The notes beneath the pieces were generated by a model that had not been told where the DNA came from, did not search any database, and saw nothing but the letters and a program-made list of their open reading frames with translations. A stretch of 64,000 nt of DNA from Eledone cirrhosa. Taxonomy: Eukaryota. The translations under genes were made by a program, and so were the position numbers. Shown piece by piece: positions 1 to 13,619 of this stretch (positions are counted from its first letter, which is position 1; each line of letters begins with the position of its first letter). The stretch lies in the NCBI GenBank assembly GCA_964016885.1, contig OZ024749.1, forward strand, positions 38,626,001 through 38,690,000. The letters run 5' to 3'.

Positions 1-169
1 ACACAACATCAACTAGGTAAATATGTATGCATGTCTGCACGCGTGCACGTGTGTGCCCGGTATGGATGTTATTGTATGTGTGAATGTATATGTTTTGAGT
101 TGTATGTGTGCATCTGCATACGCTTTGTATCTGTACAAGTGTATATGCAGTTATTACAATATGCGAACA

Positions 170-395
170 CTTAGGAGTCCGCATCTGAAGGAACATATTG
201 ATATGCTAGAAAGAGTCGAAAGAAGACCAATTAAACAGGTACCTGGAGTATCAAAGATACCAAATGAAGATCGTCATAAAGAACTGAAGTTACCTACACT
301 TGTTTTTAGGCGTTTGAGGTGGAATCTGAGAGAAGTATATAAGATATTACTCGATAAATATGATCCAAAGGTTTTACACCAATTGTGTCATTAGA
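170..395 (+). mobile_element. Degenerate CR1/L2-type LINE 3' ORF2 fragment
   Basis: SPHLKEHIDMLERVERR...LKLPTLVFRRLR..L.EVYKIL resembles the C-terminus of CR1-clade ORF2. Confidence 0.65.
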
Positions 396-608
396 TACGA
401 GGCATCCTTCTACTAGAAAAGTATCTATCTATTACACGAAAAAAAAGAACGTGGTCAAATGAAATGCTAAAGAAAAATCGTTGGTGGGGGAGGTGAGAAA
501 AGTCCTTGGGACCATATTAGAGGGTAAGTTTAATTGATAGTACACCCCAAAAGGAAATCGAAGAAAAGACGTCCGTGTTTGTGTATATATTTATACACAC
601 ACACACAT

Positions 609-700
<92 letters not shown>

Positions 701-702
<2 letters not shown>

Positions 703-881
703 CGAAGGAAATGTGGTAAGGAACCAGGTGGACCATAACGCACCAAAGTACTCAATACATAGGGTAGTAGAGTGGGTAATAGGAACCAGTAAGACCCCGA
801 CGGCTGAGCTCAAGCCGTTTCGACGGCTAATTCTGGACAGTCCAGAATTAGCCGTCGAAACGGCTTGAGCTCAGCCGTCGG
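701..881. mobile_element. Fold-back PLE-terminus-like element, family A (GGAACGAGTAGGACCCC family), in (TA)n
   Basis: Inverted arms ccgacggctgagctcaagccgtttcgacggctaattctggac / gtccagaattagccgtcgaaacggcttgagctcagccgtcgg. Near-identical copies at 8198-8335, 19145-19327, 29937-30606, 48562-48782 and 58921-59122. Confidence 0.7.
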
Positions 882-901
882 ATATATATATATATGCATA
901 C

Positions 902-989
<88 letters not shown>

Positions 990-992
<3 letters not shown>

Positions 993-1346
993 ACATAAGA
1001 AACGGAGAACCAGTGGTGCGACGAATAAGATTTATTAGACATATTACAATCGTTTCTCTGGCGACCAGCTCGAGGCACGATCGATGCAATGATCAAACCT
1101 GACTCTGAAATCGCAAGATCCTCTACGAGACATATCTGAGGATCTTGCGATTTAAGAGTCAGGTTTGAGCATTGCTTCGATCGTGCCTCGAGCTTGTCGC
1201 CAGAAAAACGATTGTAATATGTCTAATAAATCTTATTCCTCGCACCACTGGTTCTCCGTTTCTTTTGTGATATTATACTCTGCTCTGTAAGAGCATCGAG
1301 TTCTCAAACGACATACCGCTTACGGACGCTTTAAGCATCCCACACC

Positions 1347-1350
<4 letters not shown>
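990..1350. mobile_element. Fold-back PLE terminal-repeat fragment (~135-bp arms plus unique tail) containing a hammerhead
   Basis: 990-1123 is the reverse complement of 1138-1271 with few mismatches, followed by a tail and (TA)n. Stem I agacatat/atatgtct flanks CTGAGGA...(G)AAACGATTGTA. A short stub of the same family lies at about 55298-55328. Confidence 0.7.
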
Positions 1351-1416
<66 letters not shown>

Positions 1417-1482
1417 GATGGCTGCCTCCTCGTTATTAAGTATGCCCATTGCACGAAAAAAAAAATAACACACATATATATT

Positions 1483-1868
1483 AATTGCTTCTACTTTTTG
1501 GCACAAGGCCAACAATTACCCAGTACATTACTGGTACTTTATTTTATCGACCCCGTAAGGATGAAAGGCAAAGTTAACCTCGGCGGGATTTGGACTCAGA
1601 ATGGCAAGGGCCGTAACTCTATGCGTCAAAGCATGGCGTCCGACCCTCTACCGATACTGCCAATCCACCGTCATCATATATATTAATAATTGTTTCTACT
1701 TTTGGCACAAGGCCAGCAATTACCCAGTACATTACTGGTACTTTATTTTATCGACCCCGTAAGGATGAAAGGCAAAGTTAACCTCGGCGGGATTTGAACA
1801 CAGACCGTAAAGGGACGTAACTATGCTGGAAAGCATGGCGTCCGACTCTCTACTGATACTGCCAATCC
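1483..1868 (-). mobile_element. Two tandem copies of tRNA-derived SINE family 1
   Basis: The minus strand reads ggcggtggattggcagtatcggtag (A-box like)...gagttcaaatccc (B-box)...gccgaggttgactttgcctttcatcc...gtagaaacaatt. More than 15 copies occur in the window. Confidence 0.85.
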
Positions 1869-2300
1869 TAAATGTCTTGCACAGAGTTGGCACATTCACA
1901 GGCAATAGACGGCTGTGGTTAGACTTCACCTACTTTTACATGTCGTTTGAGCCCTCCTGCTGATCTACACTCTTTTCCAAGTGCTTCACAGGTATGATGA
2001 GTAGCTTCTCCGACAACAGCCTAGTAGTAGTCAACCATTAGCCTCACTTTGTGACTGCGACGATGACATTTACGTCCACTTCCTCCCCCCATCACCACCG
2101 CTCAGTCAAAATGATCAACCAACACCAACATCTACAACAACAACAACAACAACAACAACAACAGCATCAAAAAGAACATCACCAACATCTACAAAAACAA
2201 CAACAACATCAAACGATAAAAAGCTAAACAACACACACACACACGTGTATATATATATATATACACGTGTATATGTATATATATACACGATTCTACCCTA

Positions 2301-4439
2301 TTGGACCTAAAAAAGTCTAAAAAAATCCATGTCCACTCGGACAAAACTGGTAATTTGTATCATATGGATATTGAACATTATAACGAGTTCATATATAAAG
2401 AACTCAGAAAAAATTATAAAAAATCTAATAATGTGTCACTCACCAACATCAACAACAAAACACACAACATAGTAAAAAAACTAAACATTGAAGATAGAAC
2501 TGAACCTTTGGCATTGAAAAGACCACACTTCAACCTGAAAGATCACAAATCTAACTTTAACTCAAATCCTTCTATTAGACTTATATGTCCCTCCAAATCA
2601 GATATTGGAATAATTAGCAAAAAAATTTTAGATAGAGTCATCCCACAAATAAGAAAACACGTTATTTTACCACTCTGGGAAAACACCTCCCATGTAATTA
2701 ACTGGTTTAAAAATATTAGGTGTAAATCTTCTGCTTCTTTCCTACAATTTGATATAGATAATTACTATTCTTCTATATCACCTATACTCCTGAACAAAGC
2801 ATTGATATTTGCTAAAAATAGATCTAATTTAACTTTGGATGACATTAACATTATTACACATGCTAGACTAACACTTATTGAATTTCAGAATGAATACTGG
2901 ACCAGAAACACATACAGTAATCTTTTTGATATTACTATGGGTTCAAGCGATTCCGCCCAAATTACTGATCTTGTGGGCCTCTTTCTCCTTTTCAACATAA
3001 ATGCCTCTTTTCCCCACCTCAAAGGTGGTTTATATCGTGATGACTGTCTTCTTCTTTCTAACAACCTTAGCCTTTCAGAAATCGAAAAAAACAAAAAACA
3101 TATTAGAACTTTCCTTAAAGACTATTATAATCTTAATATTACTTTTGAAAAAACAAGTAAAGTAGTAAATTTCCTAGATATAACTTTAGATTTAGCTACG
3201 GGTATCTACCAACCTTACCATAAACCTAACCAAAACTTACATTACATACACTTACAATCTAATCACCCTAAATCTATCCTTAAAAACCTTGCATATAATA
3301 TATCACTTAGAATTTCTAACCTTTCTTCTAACCAAGATGTATTTGATAAAAATGCGACCTTCTATAACGAAGCTCTAGATAGAAGTGGCCACAAAAATAG
3401 ATTAGAGTATATACCTTCTACTAAAAATACTGTAAGCATACAACATAATATTACCAACAAACACCAAATGAAAAGTACACACCTAAATGCCACCCACACT
3501 ATACCCCAAAATACTAAATCTTCTAATATAAAGTATAGTAACTCTCAAAAAACTACTCATCATACAACTATAATAAATATTAATAATAAAACTCCTAATA
3601 AAAAAGATAAAACACCTAAATCTACAAATATAACTAAAAATAGTTGTGGTGAGATCATTAACATTAATCCTCCTAGTAAAAATCACGATACAACCTATAA
3701 AAATAATAAAAATAATAAACAACATAGAAACCGTAATAGACGGGTTACTTGGTATAATGCTCCTTTTAATTTACAAGTTAAGGATAATATTGCTAAAAAA
3801 TTTTTTTATATCCTTGAGAAAAACTTCCCGCCAAACCACAAATACCATCAAATCTTAAATAGGTCTACAGTTAAATTCTCATACTCTACAACAAATAACA
3901 TAAAACAAAATATAAGTGCATATAATGCATATAAATGTAAGAAAACCATAAGTATACCACCAGTACATCAAATTAACCATAATATCTCCTCAAATACAGA
4001 ATTAACGAAAGGATGTAACTGTAGAAACAAAGCAAACTGCCCATTAAAAGGGAATTGTCTTGTTAACAACATAGTCTATAAATGTAATGTTAAAACTAAA
4101 GATTCTATTTGCTCATATATAGGAGCTACCTCTAACAATTTTAAGACAAGGTTTAATACCCACAAGCATAGTTTTAAAAATGCCGCACTGGCTAATACAA
4201 CATCTCTAGCAGAAAAAATCAATAGTTATAAAAATAAGAATATAAAATATGATTTGACCTGGAGTGTGCTCAAAAGAGCCACCCCTTATCAAAATAATAG
4301 AAATGAATGTAGATTATGTTCCCAAGAACTATTTGAAATAATGAAGTCTAAGGATATCTTATTAAATAAACGACAGGAATTAATTATATCGTGTAATCAT
4401 AAACTAAAAAAAACATTTAAATATTATAAACCTAATTAA
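2301..4439 (+). mobile_element. Penelope-like retroelement ORF (RT plus C-terminal GIY-YIG endonuclease), 5'-truncated but uninterrupted over 712 codons
   Basis: DKTGNLY, LKDHK, IRLICP, FDIDNYY, MGSSDS, YRDD, VNFLDITLDL, YHKP and SNHP RT/thumb motifs. CNCR..CPL.GNCL linker. IVY...YIG..FKTRFNTH GIY-YIG, then CRLC..E..LN.R.E..C.H. No ATG at the start, which abuts a (TA)n/palindrome. Confidence 0.93.
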
Positions 4440-4899
4440 TAACATTATTTTAGAAATTAATATATAATTTAATTTAAATGTTAGTTAACCTATAAATTTA
4501 ATTTAATTAATATTTTATTACAGATGAGAATATAAAATATTATGTAATCATAAATTGTGAAAAACCTTTAAATATTACTAATATATACTTAGTAATTTAA
4601 TTTATAGATTAATTTTAATTTATTTAAACCTTTTATTATAACTCTTTTACAGATAAAATATAACAAAATAATATCGTGTATCCAATGACAGAGAAATAAT
4701 TTTTAGTATTATAGACCTAATTAATATACATTTTAGAAATATATTTATTATTTGGTTTTAGTTTTAATCAACCTAAAAATTTTAAATTTTAATTTTAATT
4801 TGCTTAAAATTAGTATCCTCATACAGACGAATTGCAGAATGTCATGTAATCATAGAATGGGATGCGTTTTGGATATATACCTAGTTAATATATTCGATG

Positions 4900-4993
4900 C
4901 AATTTTTTTTTTTTTTTTTTTTTTTTTTTGAAAAAGATATGTATATGTATACGTGTATGTGTATGTGTGTGTGTGTATGTGCATGTGTATGTA

Positions 4994-5038
<45 letters not shown>

Positions 5039-6159
5039 ATATATGTGTGTGTGTATATGTATGTATATGTGTAAGTGTATGTATATGTATATGTATGCGT
5101 ATTAATTTTGATTTCTATTTGCATATAATTATATTATGCTATTGATGAAATACAGTATCTGCTTTATGTATTGTATACCTAATTAACATATACTATTGAA
5201 ATAAATATATAATTTTTAATTTAGTTAACATATAATTTATATTCTACTACCGATGTAATACTTTATTTTATTTTTTTTCCCTATTACTAAATTCATTTCC
5301 TAATATTGATACCATAACGTTATTAACTTTAATTTAGTTATACTGTAATTAATAATCTACTACTGTTTGACTTCAAAATTCTGCTTCAAATATTATAAAC
5401 CTAACTAATTTACACCTTAGAAATCAATATGTTGACTATCTTTGGTTTAGTTAACATATGATTAATGATATACTTATTTATTTTGAGATGCATAGTATTT
5501 CCTAACACTGAAAATATGTAAGAACATACATTGGATAAAAATACGGAAAATTTTCTATGTTTCTTGAAACATATATTTACTTTGATCCCCTTCTCCAAAC
5601 CCCCCCTTTCCCCCATACTATTATCATCTGTATTTGTAAGCGTCTATGTAAGAATATATATGTAGGTAGGTGTCTATATAGGTTTGGGTATTTATATCTA
5701 AATATAAAAATACATATATGCGCATGCAAATATGAATGTAAGATTGCGTGTGTATATATGAGGTTGTATATGTATGTATATATGTGTATATATGCATTAT
5801 ATATGTATGTGTATGTGAATGTGTATACGTATATGTGTATGTATGTGTATATATGTGTGTATATGTGTATGCATGTATATATAGGAATATATATATGTAT
5901 ATATATATGTATATGTATATGCGTGTGTATGTATGTGTGTGTATGTGTGTTGTGTATATATATGTATGTCTCTCTATTTATATGTTTATCTTCGTATCTA
6001 TGTGATATATGTATGTGTGTGTGTGCTTGTATGCATATGTATGTCTTTATGTGTATTTGTGTGTGTGGGTGTACATATGTGTGTGTGCGCACACACACAT
6101 ATATATATGTGAGTGTGTATATGTGTCTGTGTATATGTGTGTGTGTATATATGTATATA

Positions 6160-6211
<52 letters not shown>

Positions 6212-6474
6212 TGTCTATGTGTGAATATATGTCTTTATTAGTATGTGTGTATTTATGTATGTATATGTTTATATGTATGTATGTATGTGTATGTATGTAT
6301 GTATATATATGTATATGTATATATATTTATATATATATATATATATATATTATTCTTTATTATTATAATATAACTTATGTGTATGTATGTATAAGGGAGG
6401 TTGTGTACGTGTTTATAATATGTGTATATATAAGTGTAATTAATGTATATATATATGTGCATGTCTGTTTTTTA

Positions 6475-6513
<39 letters not shown>

Positions 6514-6624
6514 GTGTGTATATATATATATATATATATGTGGGTGTTTGTATGTGTATTTATGGTGGTATGAGTGTGTGGATATCTATGTGTATATATA
6601 TATATATATATATGTATGAGTGTA

Positions 6625-6670
<46 letters not shown>

Positions 6671-7098
6671 TGTATATATATATAAGTATATATATATATG
6701 TGTATGTATGTGTCTCTATATATATATCTCTATTAATGCGTGTGTGTATGTATATACATATGCCTTTTTATTATTATTTTTATTTGTATGTCTGCGTTAG
6801 ATGAGGTTGTAGTTTTTTTTATGTATATATGCATATATAGATGCGTATGTATTTGTATATATGAGTATAAGTAAGTGCATAAGTATGTATGATTATATAT
6901 CTAATTCTATGTATGAATATACATGTATATATATGTGTGTGTATGTAAGTTGTGTGTGTATGTATCTACATGTCTATGTGTGTGTATATATATATATGTA
7001 TATATATATATATGTATATCGATGTGCGTATATGTATGTACATGTATGTACATGTATGTGTGTATGTATGTGTATGTATATTTAGATGTATGTGTGTG

Positions 7099-7155
<57 letters not shown>

Positions 7156-7221
7156 ATATATATATAGATATATATCTTTATTATTTATTTTTATATATAT
7201 GTGTATGTGTGTATGTGTTGC

Positions 7222-7253
<32 letters not shown>

Positions 7254-7470
7254 CTTTATATATGTGTATGTGTATGTTTGTGTAAGTGTATGTGTGTGTA
7301 TGACTGTATATGTATGTGTGTATGTGTGTATGCGTAAATATTTCTATGTGTGCGTACATGTATGTATGTGTATATATCTGTATGTGTATGTATATTATAT
7401 TATATTTATTATATTTTATTGTTTTATTTTTTTATTTTTATTAATTTATAGATACATTTATATTAGACAG
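4900..7470. repeat. Long compound (TA)/(TG)/(TATG) microsatellite field
   Basis: Directly visible; it is the source of the spurious YIYI/CVCV ORFs. Confidence 0.9.
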
Positions 7471-7966
7471 TTTGCTCAGACAGTTGAATACTGACCCCTC
7501 CCCCCCCTCCCACCTAATTTCTGTATCTTGATCTAGAAATGTGTGTGCCAGTGTTTTATGTGAGTGTATTAATATCCTTGTGCTTATGATTTTATATCCA
7601 CATATATAAATGTGAGTGGGGGTGTGTGTGTGTTTGTATGTTCGTGGTTATGTGTATATTTATGCATATACGCGCGTGTATGTGTGATTGTACTGATATG
7701 TGTGAGTATGAAAAAATATATTTATATACTTGATTTCATAAGTATCTTATCTGCGCATGGTAAGCTCACAGAGACATTAACCTTGAAATTTCGTATTTGC
7801 ATCCATCATTTTAGTATGCGTATACAAATTATACATACATTTTTGTAAAATATGTGTAAGGGTTTTACATGTATATACACACACCGAACTGCATTTAACC
7901 CTTTATGTTTTCATTGGTCAATTTTGAACTGAAATTTTGAATTGTTGTTATTATCAATAAATATAC

Positions 7967-8121
7967 TTCATTATTTCTGAAGACGGCGTATATATGTGTT
8001 TGGTATGTATATTTAATCTTGATAATTTGTATAATTTTGTATAATTTTGTACATAGATCTGTTGAATATGCATACCAATTATAACACATATATATCCTAG
8101 AAACGATCGTTAAATAATGAA
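7967..8121 (+). ncRNA. Type I hammerhead ribozyme with a very long stem II (PLE terminal repeat)
   Basis: 10-bp stem I ttcattattt/aaataatgaa, core CTGAAGA (7977) and GAAA (8100), palindromic stem III ACGATCGT, and about 115 nt between the core boxes that can pair (tatatatgtgtt/aacacatatata; tggtatg/catacca). Confidence 0.65.
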
Positions 8122-8333
8122 CTTTTTTTGTTTAATATAAGGAATTGTTTGTTCATTATTTGTTTAATATTTTATATATATATATATATATATATAGGAA
8201 CGAGTAGGACCCCGACGGCTGAGCTCAAGCCGTTTCGACGGCTAATTCTGGACCTATTACTCACTCTACTACCCTAAGTATTGAGTACTTTGGTGCGTTA
8301 TGGTCCATCTGGTTCCTTACCACATTTCCTTCG

Positions 8334-8413
<80 letters not shown>

Positions 8414-8441
8414 TAAAATAACAGATTAAAGTTTAAGCAAG

Positions 8442-8494
<53 letters not shown>

Positions 8495-8759
8495 GAAGGA
8501 AATGTGGTAAGGAACCAGGTGGACCTGGTAAAAGGAAAAGAAAATGCTGACAAATTGTTCCCAGGGAAAAATAGTTTAATTAGGAATAAGTATAAATTAG
8601 TAATAAGTATTGGTTAGTATTCAGTTTTAGTTTTAAGTTTTTACCGGTTGCGCATTTCTAATGCTTTTCAAAAATAATTTTGAGATAGAGCGCCCGTGAT
8701 GTTTGCTCTAATCTGATTAGTTTTGGAAATTCTACCTGTTTTATGTGAAAAAAGTGGCT

Positions 8760-8836
<77 letters not shown>

Positions 8837-8965
8837 GATAAATCTACCAAAATATACGGTAGTGTCCAATCCGTATGAAGAACTCAATGTAATCCAAATA
8901 TCATGAAAAGAGAAGATGCATTCAAAAATTTTCGATGAAAATCACAGGAAACCAGAGTCAAGATA

Positions 8966-9330
8966 AATTAATAAAAACAATGAATAAAAACAAAGAACGT
9001 TCCTTATATTAAAAAATTCATCATTTTACGATCGTTTCTAGGATATATATGTGTTGGTATGTATATCATATAGATCTATGTAAACATTTTACAAACTATC
9101 AGAGGAAATATACATACCTTCACATATATATGCTGTCTTCAGAAATAATTTCTGAAGACAGCATTATATGTGAAGATATGTATATTTCCTCTGATAGTTT
9201 GTAAAATGTTTACATAGATCTATATGATATACAAACCAACACACATATATATCCTAGAAACGATCGTAAAATGATGAATTTTTTAATATAAGGAACTTGT
9301 TCTGTGTTTTTATTCATTGTTTTTATTAAT
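8966..9330. mobile_element. Palindromic pair of PLE terminal-repeat fragments, each with the long-stem-II hammerhead
   Basis: Arms of about 180 bp are centred near 9147. CTGAAGA...GAAACGATCGTA is present on both strands. Related copies at 38560-38708 (+) and 48308-48495 (-). Confidence 0.75.
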
Positions 9331-9366
9331 TTATATATATATATATCTGTGTGTGTGTGTGTGTGT

Positions 9367-9447
<81 letters not shown>

Positions 9448-9451
<4 letters not shown>

Positions 9452-10105
9452 AGCCGAATTACCCGCGCCTTGCTGCGTTTCACACATTTTTTTTTTGTAA
9501 GAAAATTATGATTGATTTTAAATCAGTGATATAATTTCTGGAGAAAAACTCTGCATTTCAATATTACTCAATGTAAAATATAATGCATGAAAAATTGGAA
9601 AACATTATTTTTTGTAATATATCAAATCAAAATTAAATTATTAAATCTTATTCTTATTTTGTTTCTTGTAAATAATTTTTTTTTAAATATCATTTCAAAA
9701 CTTTTGTGAATAGGCATCGTATCGTGTCATTTACCTATGGTTTAAATTTCATATAAATCGAAAGGAAAAATTTTTCAGCGGGGATTTGTGCTTCCGAGGA
9801 ATTTAATAGGCGGTTTAACTCCCATTAGGGTCTCTTAATATTATAGAAATTTGCTGAAATTTTGTGAATAGGCATCATATTTTGTCATTTACCTATGGTT
9901 TAAATTTCATATAAATCGAAGGAAAAACACTTTCAGCGGGGGTTTGTGCCCCCGGGGAACCCTTTGATTAAAATGAAATACACTTATCCAAGTACCCTGG
10001 GCAATGTAGTTTCAGAATATATATGGTTATGGGGTCTATCTCCAAAACCATAGGAGGAGTTCGTGTACAAACAAACAGACAGGAATACAACTTTACATAT
10101 ATAGT
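9448..10105 (+). mobile_element. Non-autonomous Helitron/Helentron-like element
   Basis: 5' TACTAG...cccgcg end and 3' acaaacagacag...tttacatatatag end resemble Lep1/HINE-type elements. There is an internal ~100-bp direct duplication (about 9700-9800 vs 9860-9960). Confidence 0.5.
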
Positions 10106-10119
10106 TATACATACATCTA

Positions 10120-10304
10120 TACGTGTGTGCGCGCACGCGTATATGTAAAGCCGGAAGCTAGAGTTGTGAGGAAAACGGTGTTTACATATGAAGATCACTG
10201 TGTTATGTTGTGTTGTGTTGGTGGGAGCCAAGGTCGTTGTATTATATACCTTGTAAAATAATTACCTTAGCCATCTGTGACAGTACCACCAAATCTTATC
10301 AATC
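10120..10304 (+). promoter_or_regulatory. Putative promoter/5'UTR of TMEM256 with an ETS-type site
   Basis: CCGGAAG at 10151-10157 and a CpG-containing patch (tgcgcgcacgcg) about 150 nt upstream of the ATG. Typical of housekeeping promoters, but the motif is short. Confidence 0.3.
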
Positions 10305-10482
10305 ATGGATACTATTTACAGAATTGGCAATTCGATCATGTCGATTTTTCCCAACCGTGCCTCTACAGTTGTAGAAGAAGTAAATGAAATTATATTATCC
10401 AACTTTCCTGGTGTTAACTTTGTCCGTTTGGGCGGCATTTCTGGTGCCTTAGCTGTTGGAATGGCAGCTATTGGATCACATG
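10305..10482 (+). CDS. TMEM256: TMEM256 homolog (DUF423 family), coding exon 1
   Basis: ATG at 10305. Translates MDTIYRIG...FVRLGGISGALAVGMAAIGSH, matching the TMEM256/DUF423 N-terminal motif (human [20 protein letters not shown]). Ends at a phase-1 donor G|GTAAGT. Confidence 0.9.
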
Positions 10483-11351
10483 GTAAGTAGAAATCATAGT
10501 ATTTAACAATATCTATATATTTTATATTTTGGGGGTATTATAAATGTTTATTCCCCCTCTAATATACGCGGTCCTTCGCAAGACTGCGAAATTACGATGC
10601 CATAGCTGTCGTTATAGCAGCTATTGGGAAACACAGTGACTAATAAAATACTATATATATATATAAATATTCTTGTGAGTATAAATATTTATTTACCCTT
10701 TCATATTATATTAATTGTTTCTACTTTTGGCACAAGTCCAGCAATTACCCAGTACGTTACTGGTACTTTATTTTATCGACCCCGTAAGAAGGAAAGGCAA
10801 AGTTAACCTCGGCGGGATTTGAACTCAGACCGTATTATTATATTAATATTTAGTCCTTGGTATGGCGTTCAGATGAAAGTTTAGATAAAGATTTAGCGAT
10901 CGGACATACGTTGAACTAGACAAAACCACCAATGTTTTTGTTGTTGGATACTACATGAAAAACATGTAGATGCTAGCCATCAGTTCATGTGTTAAAGTAA
11001 GTAGGGTGTTATTACTACTACAGTCTGTATGTTCACCTGTAAACAAATGAAGATGAGAGTAAGATGACTTTAATCTATACACACATAACATGGACAGTAA
11101 AAGGGGGATCGGCTAATACCGATACGTACGCCCTGTAGTAATATACAACACTTTTCAACTTACGTTGTTAGATTAGTAATATATATATATGTGTGTGTGT
11201 ATATATATGTATATATGTATATATAACCATATATATATATATATATGATAAATTTATAGAACACTCCACTCGATTTCAGTTAGAACAAATTGTGCTATCA
11301 ACTAATCACAGAAATCGCGGGGGGGGGGGGGTCTATAATAATAATACCGGC

Positions 11352-11393
<42 letters not shown>

Positions 11394-11587
11394 CACACAC
11401 ACATTGACACAGCTATATATATATGTGTATACACGCACGTGGACATCCATAACATCGTAACAATACACGTAAATACATTCCTTTCGAACATACGTCAGAC
11501 ACTATAGTGTTGAACTCTATTCATGATGGCCCATTATGTGGCTGTATGTATACAACAAATTCAAATGATAACGTTCTTAAATCATTT

Positions 11588-11770
11588 AATTGTTTCTACT
11601 TTAGGCACAAGGCCAGCAATTACCCAGTACATTACTGGTACTTTATTTTATCGACCCCGGAAGGATGAAAGGCAAAGTTAACCTCGGCGGGATTTGAACT
11701 CAAGACTGTAAAGAGACGTAACTATGCTAGAAAGCATGGCGTCCGACTCTCTACCGATACTACCAATTCC
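11588..11770 (-). mobile_element. SINE family 1 copy (TMEM256 intron 1); partial copy at 10713-10833
   Basis: Same consensus as the copies at 1483-1868. Confidence 0.85.
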
Positions 11771-11947
11771 CTGCCCTTAAATCATTTAATGCTATACAAT
11801 TCTTTCAATACATACTTCAAAAAATACCAGTGTCAGGACAATATATATTAAAATGAAGGAAACAGATATAATTTGAATATAGCTAAGTATCATTGATTGT
11901 TGTACATCTTCAGACGTATCAATTCGATCCGATATATATATAGAGAG

Positions 11948-11982
<35 letters not shown>

Positions 11983-11990
<8 letters not shown>

Positions 11991-13619
11991 ATACTTTGGG
12001 AGGGTCATGTTGCCAATAAGAAACACACGCACCAGTTGCTTTCACTTCAATTTATTATATATTTATAAATTTACAAATTTACAAATCTATCAATTTCTGG
12101 TTGGTTGGTTGGTTCCACAACCAGATAGTTGTTTATATATAGTCATAGTCCTTTCGTCACACACTCTGTGACCTCCTCAGTGACCGGGGATTCCCTTCTT
12201 TGTTTCTGTGCCTCTCCTTTGTTCTGCCCTACGCCATTTTGTTTCTGTGTGTGTGTTGTGTGCTCAGTTGTGTGTTGTATGTGTCTCTCTAGTTCTTCGG
12301 GGTTGCACATGCGGGACACATTTCTCATCACCCGTACCAAATCCGCAATCAGGTGATGAGAAATGTGTCCCGCATGTGCAACCCCGAAGAACTAGAGAGA
12401 CACATACAACACTTCATCCACCGTATGCAGTTCTCTGGCTACAATCAGAGAGATAGAATCAGAGTGTATAGAGGAGCCAGAACCAAATGGGAAAAAATGA
12501 TAAATAATGACATAAATGGGACCTGCCCCTTGTATAGGAGCAAATTTTGGAATAGAATAGAAAGAACTAGGAACAAGGCTAATAGAATAAACTCATGGTA
12601 TGATAGCAATAAATACCAGAGTGTAATGTTCATCGATACAACCCCTAGAGGCGAACTAGCCTACAAATTTAGAAGGGCCCTAAATAAACATAAACTCAAT
12701 ATTAAGATAGTAGAAAGACCAGGTACCTCCGTAAAAACACTTATTAGCAAGACATACCCTTTTCAAAGACCCTCATGTATAGATAAGAAATGTATAACCT
12801 GTAAAATAAGCCCCCGTATTAACTGTAAAACTAGAAATGTAGTGTATAGCATAAGATGTACTGAAGGACAATGTAGAAACAAAAATATAGTGTACATAGG
12901 TGAGACAACTCGTAGTATAGGGGAACGGATAAATGAACACTGGCGAGACCTTCAAGATAATAAAGAATCATCTGTACTCTACCAACATGCTAAGATAGAA
13001 CACAAGGGTAAATTAGAGAACATAGAAATAAAAATAGAATCTACACACAGAAAAGATGCAATGTTTAGACAAATTACAGAGGCAATAAACATAAAAGAAT
13101 TACAACCAAAATTAAATAGAAAATATGAGTGGAACAGCAACATCACAACTTACAATTAAGGACAAAATTAAAACACACACACACATAGAACAAACAACCA
13201 ACCAATAACATGTAAATAAATAAACAAATAGATAAATGAACATAAACACACACAGACACCCGGATGTGGCGCATGCGCAAACTGAGCACACAACACACAC
13301 ACAGAAACAAAATGGCGTAGGGCAGAACAAAGGAGAGGCACAGAAACAAAGAAGGGAATCCCCGGTCACTGAGGTCACAGAGTGTGTGACGAAAGGACTA
13401 TGACTATATATAAACAACTATCTGGTTGTGGAACCAACCAACCAACCAGAAATTGATAGATTTGTAAATTTGTAAATTTATAAATATATAATAAATTGAA
13501 GTGAAAGCAACTGGTGCGTGTGTTTCTTATTGGCAACATGACCCTCCCAAAGTATAACAATATCGGTTTCAACACACGATTTCAGATTAAGAATCTTGCT
13601 AAACAAATTCAGAAACGAA

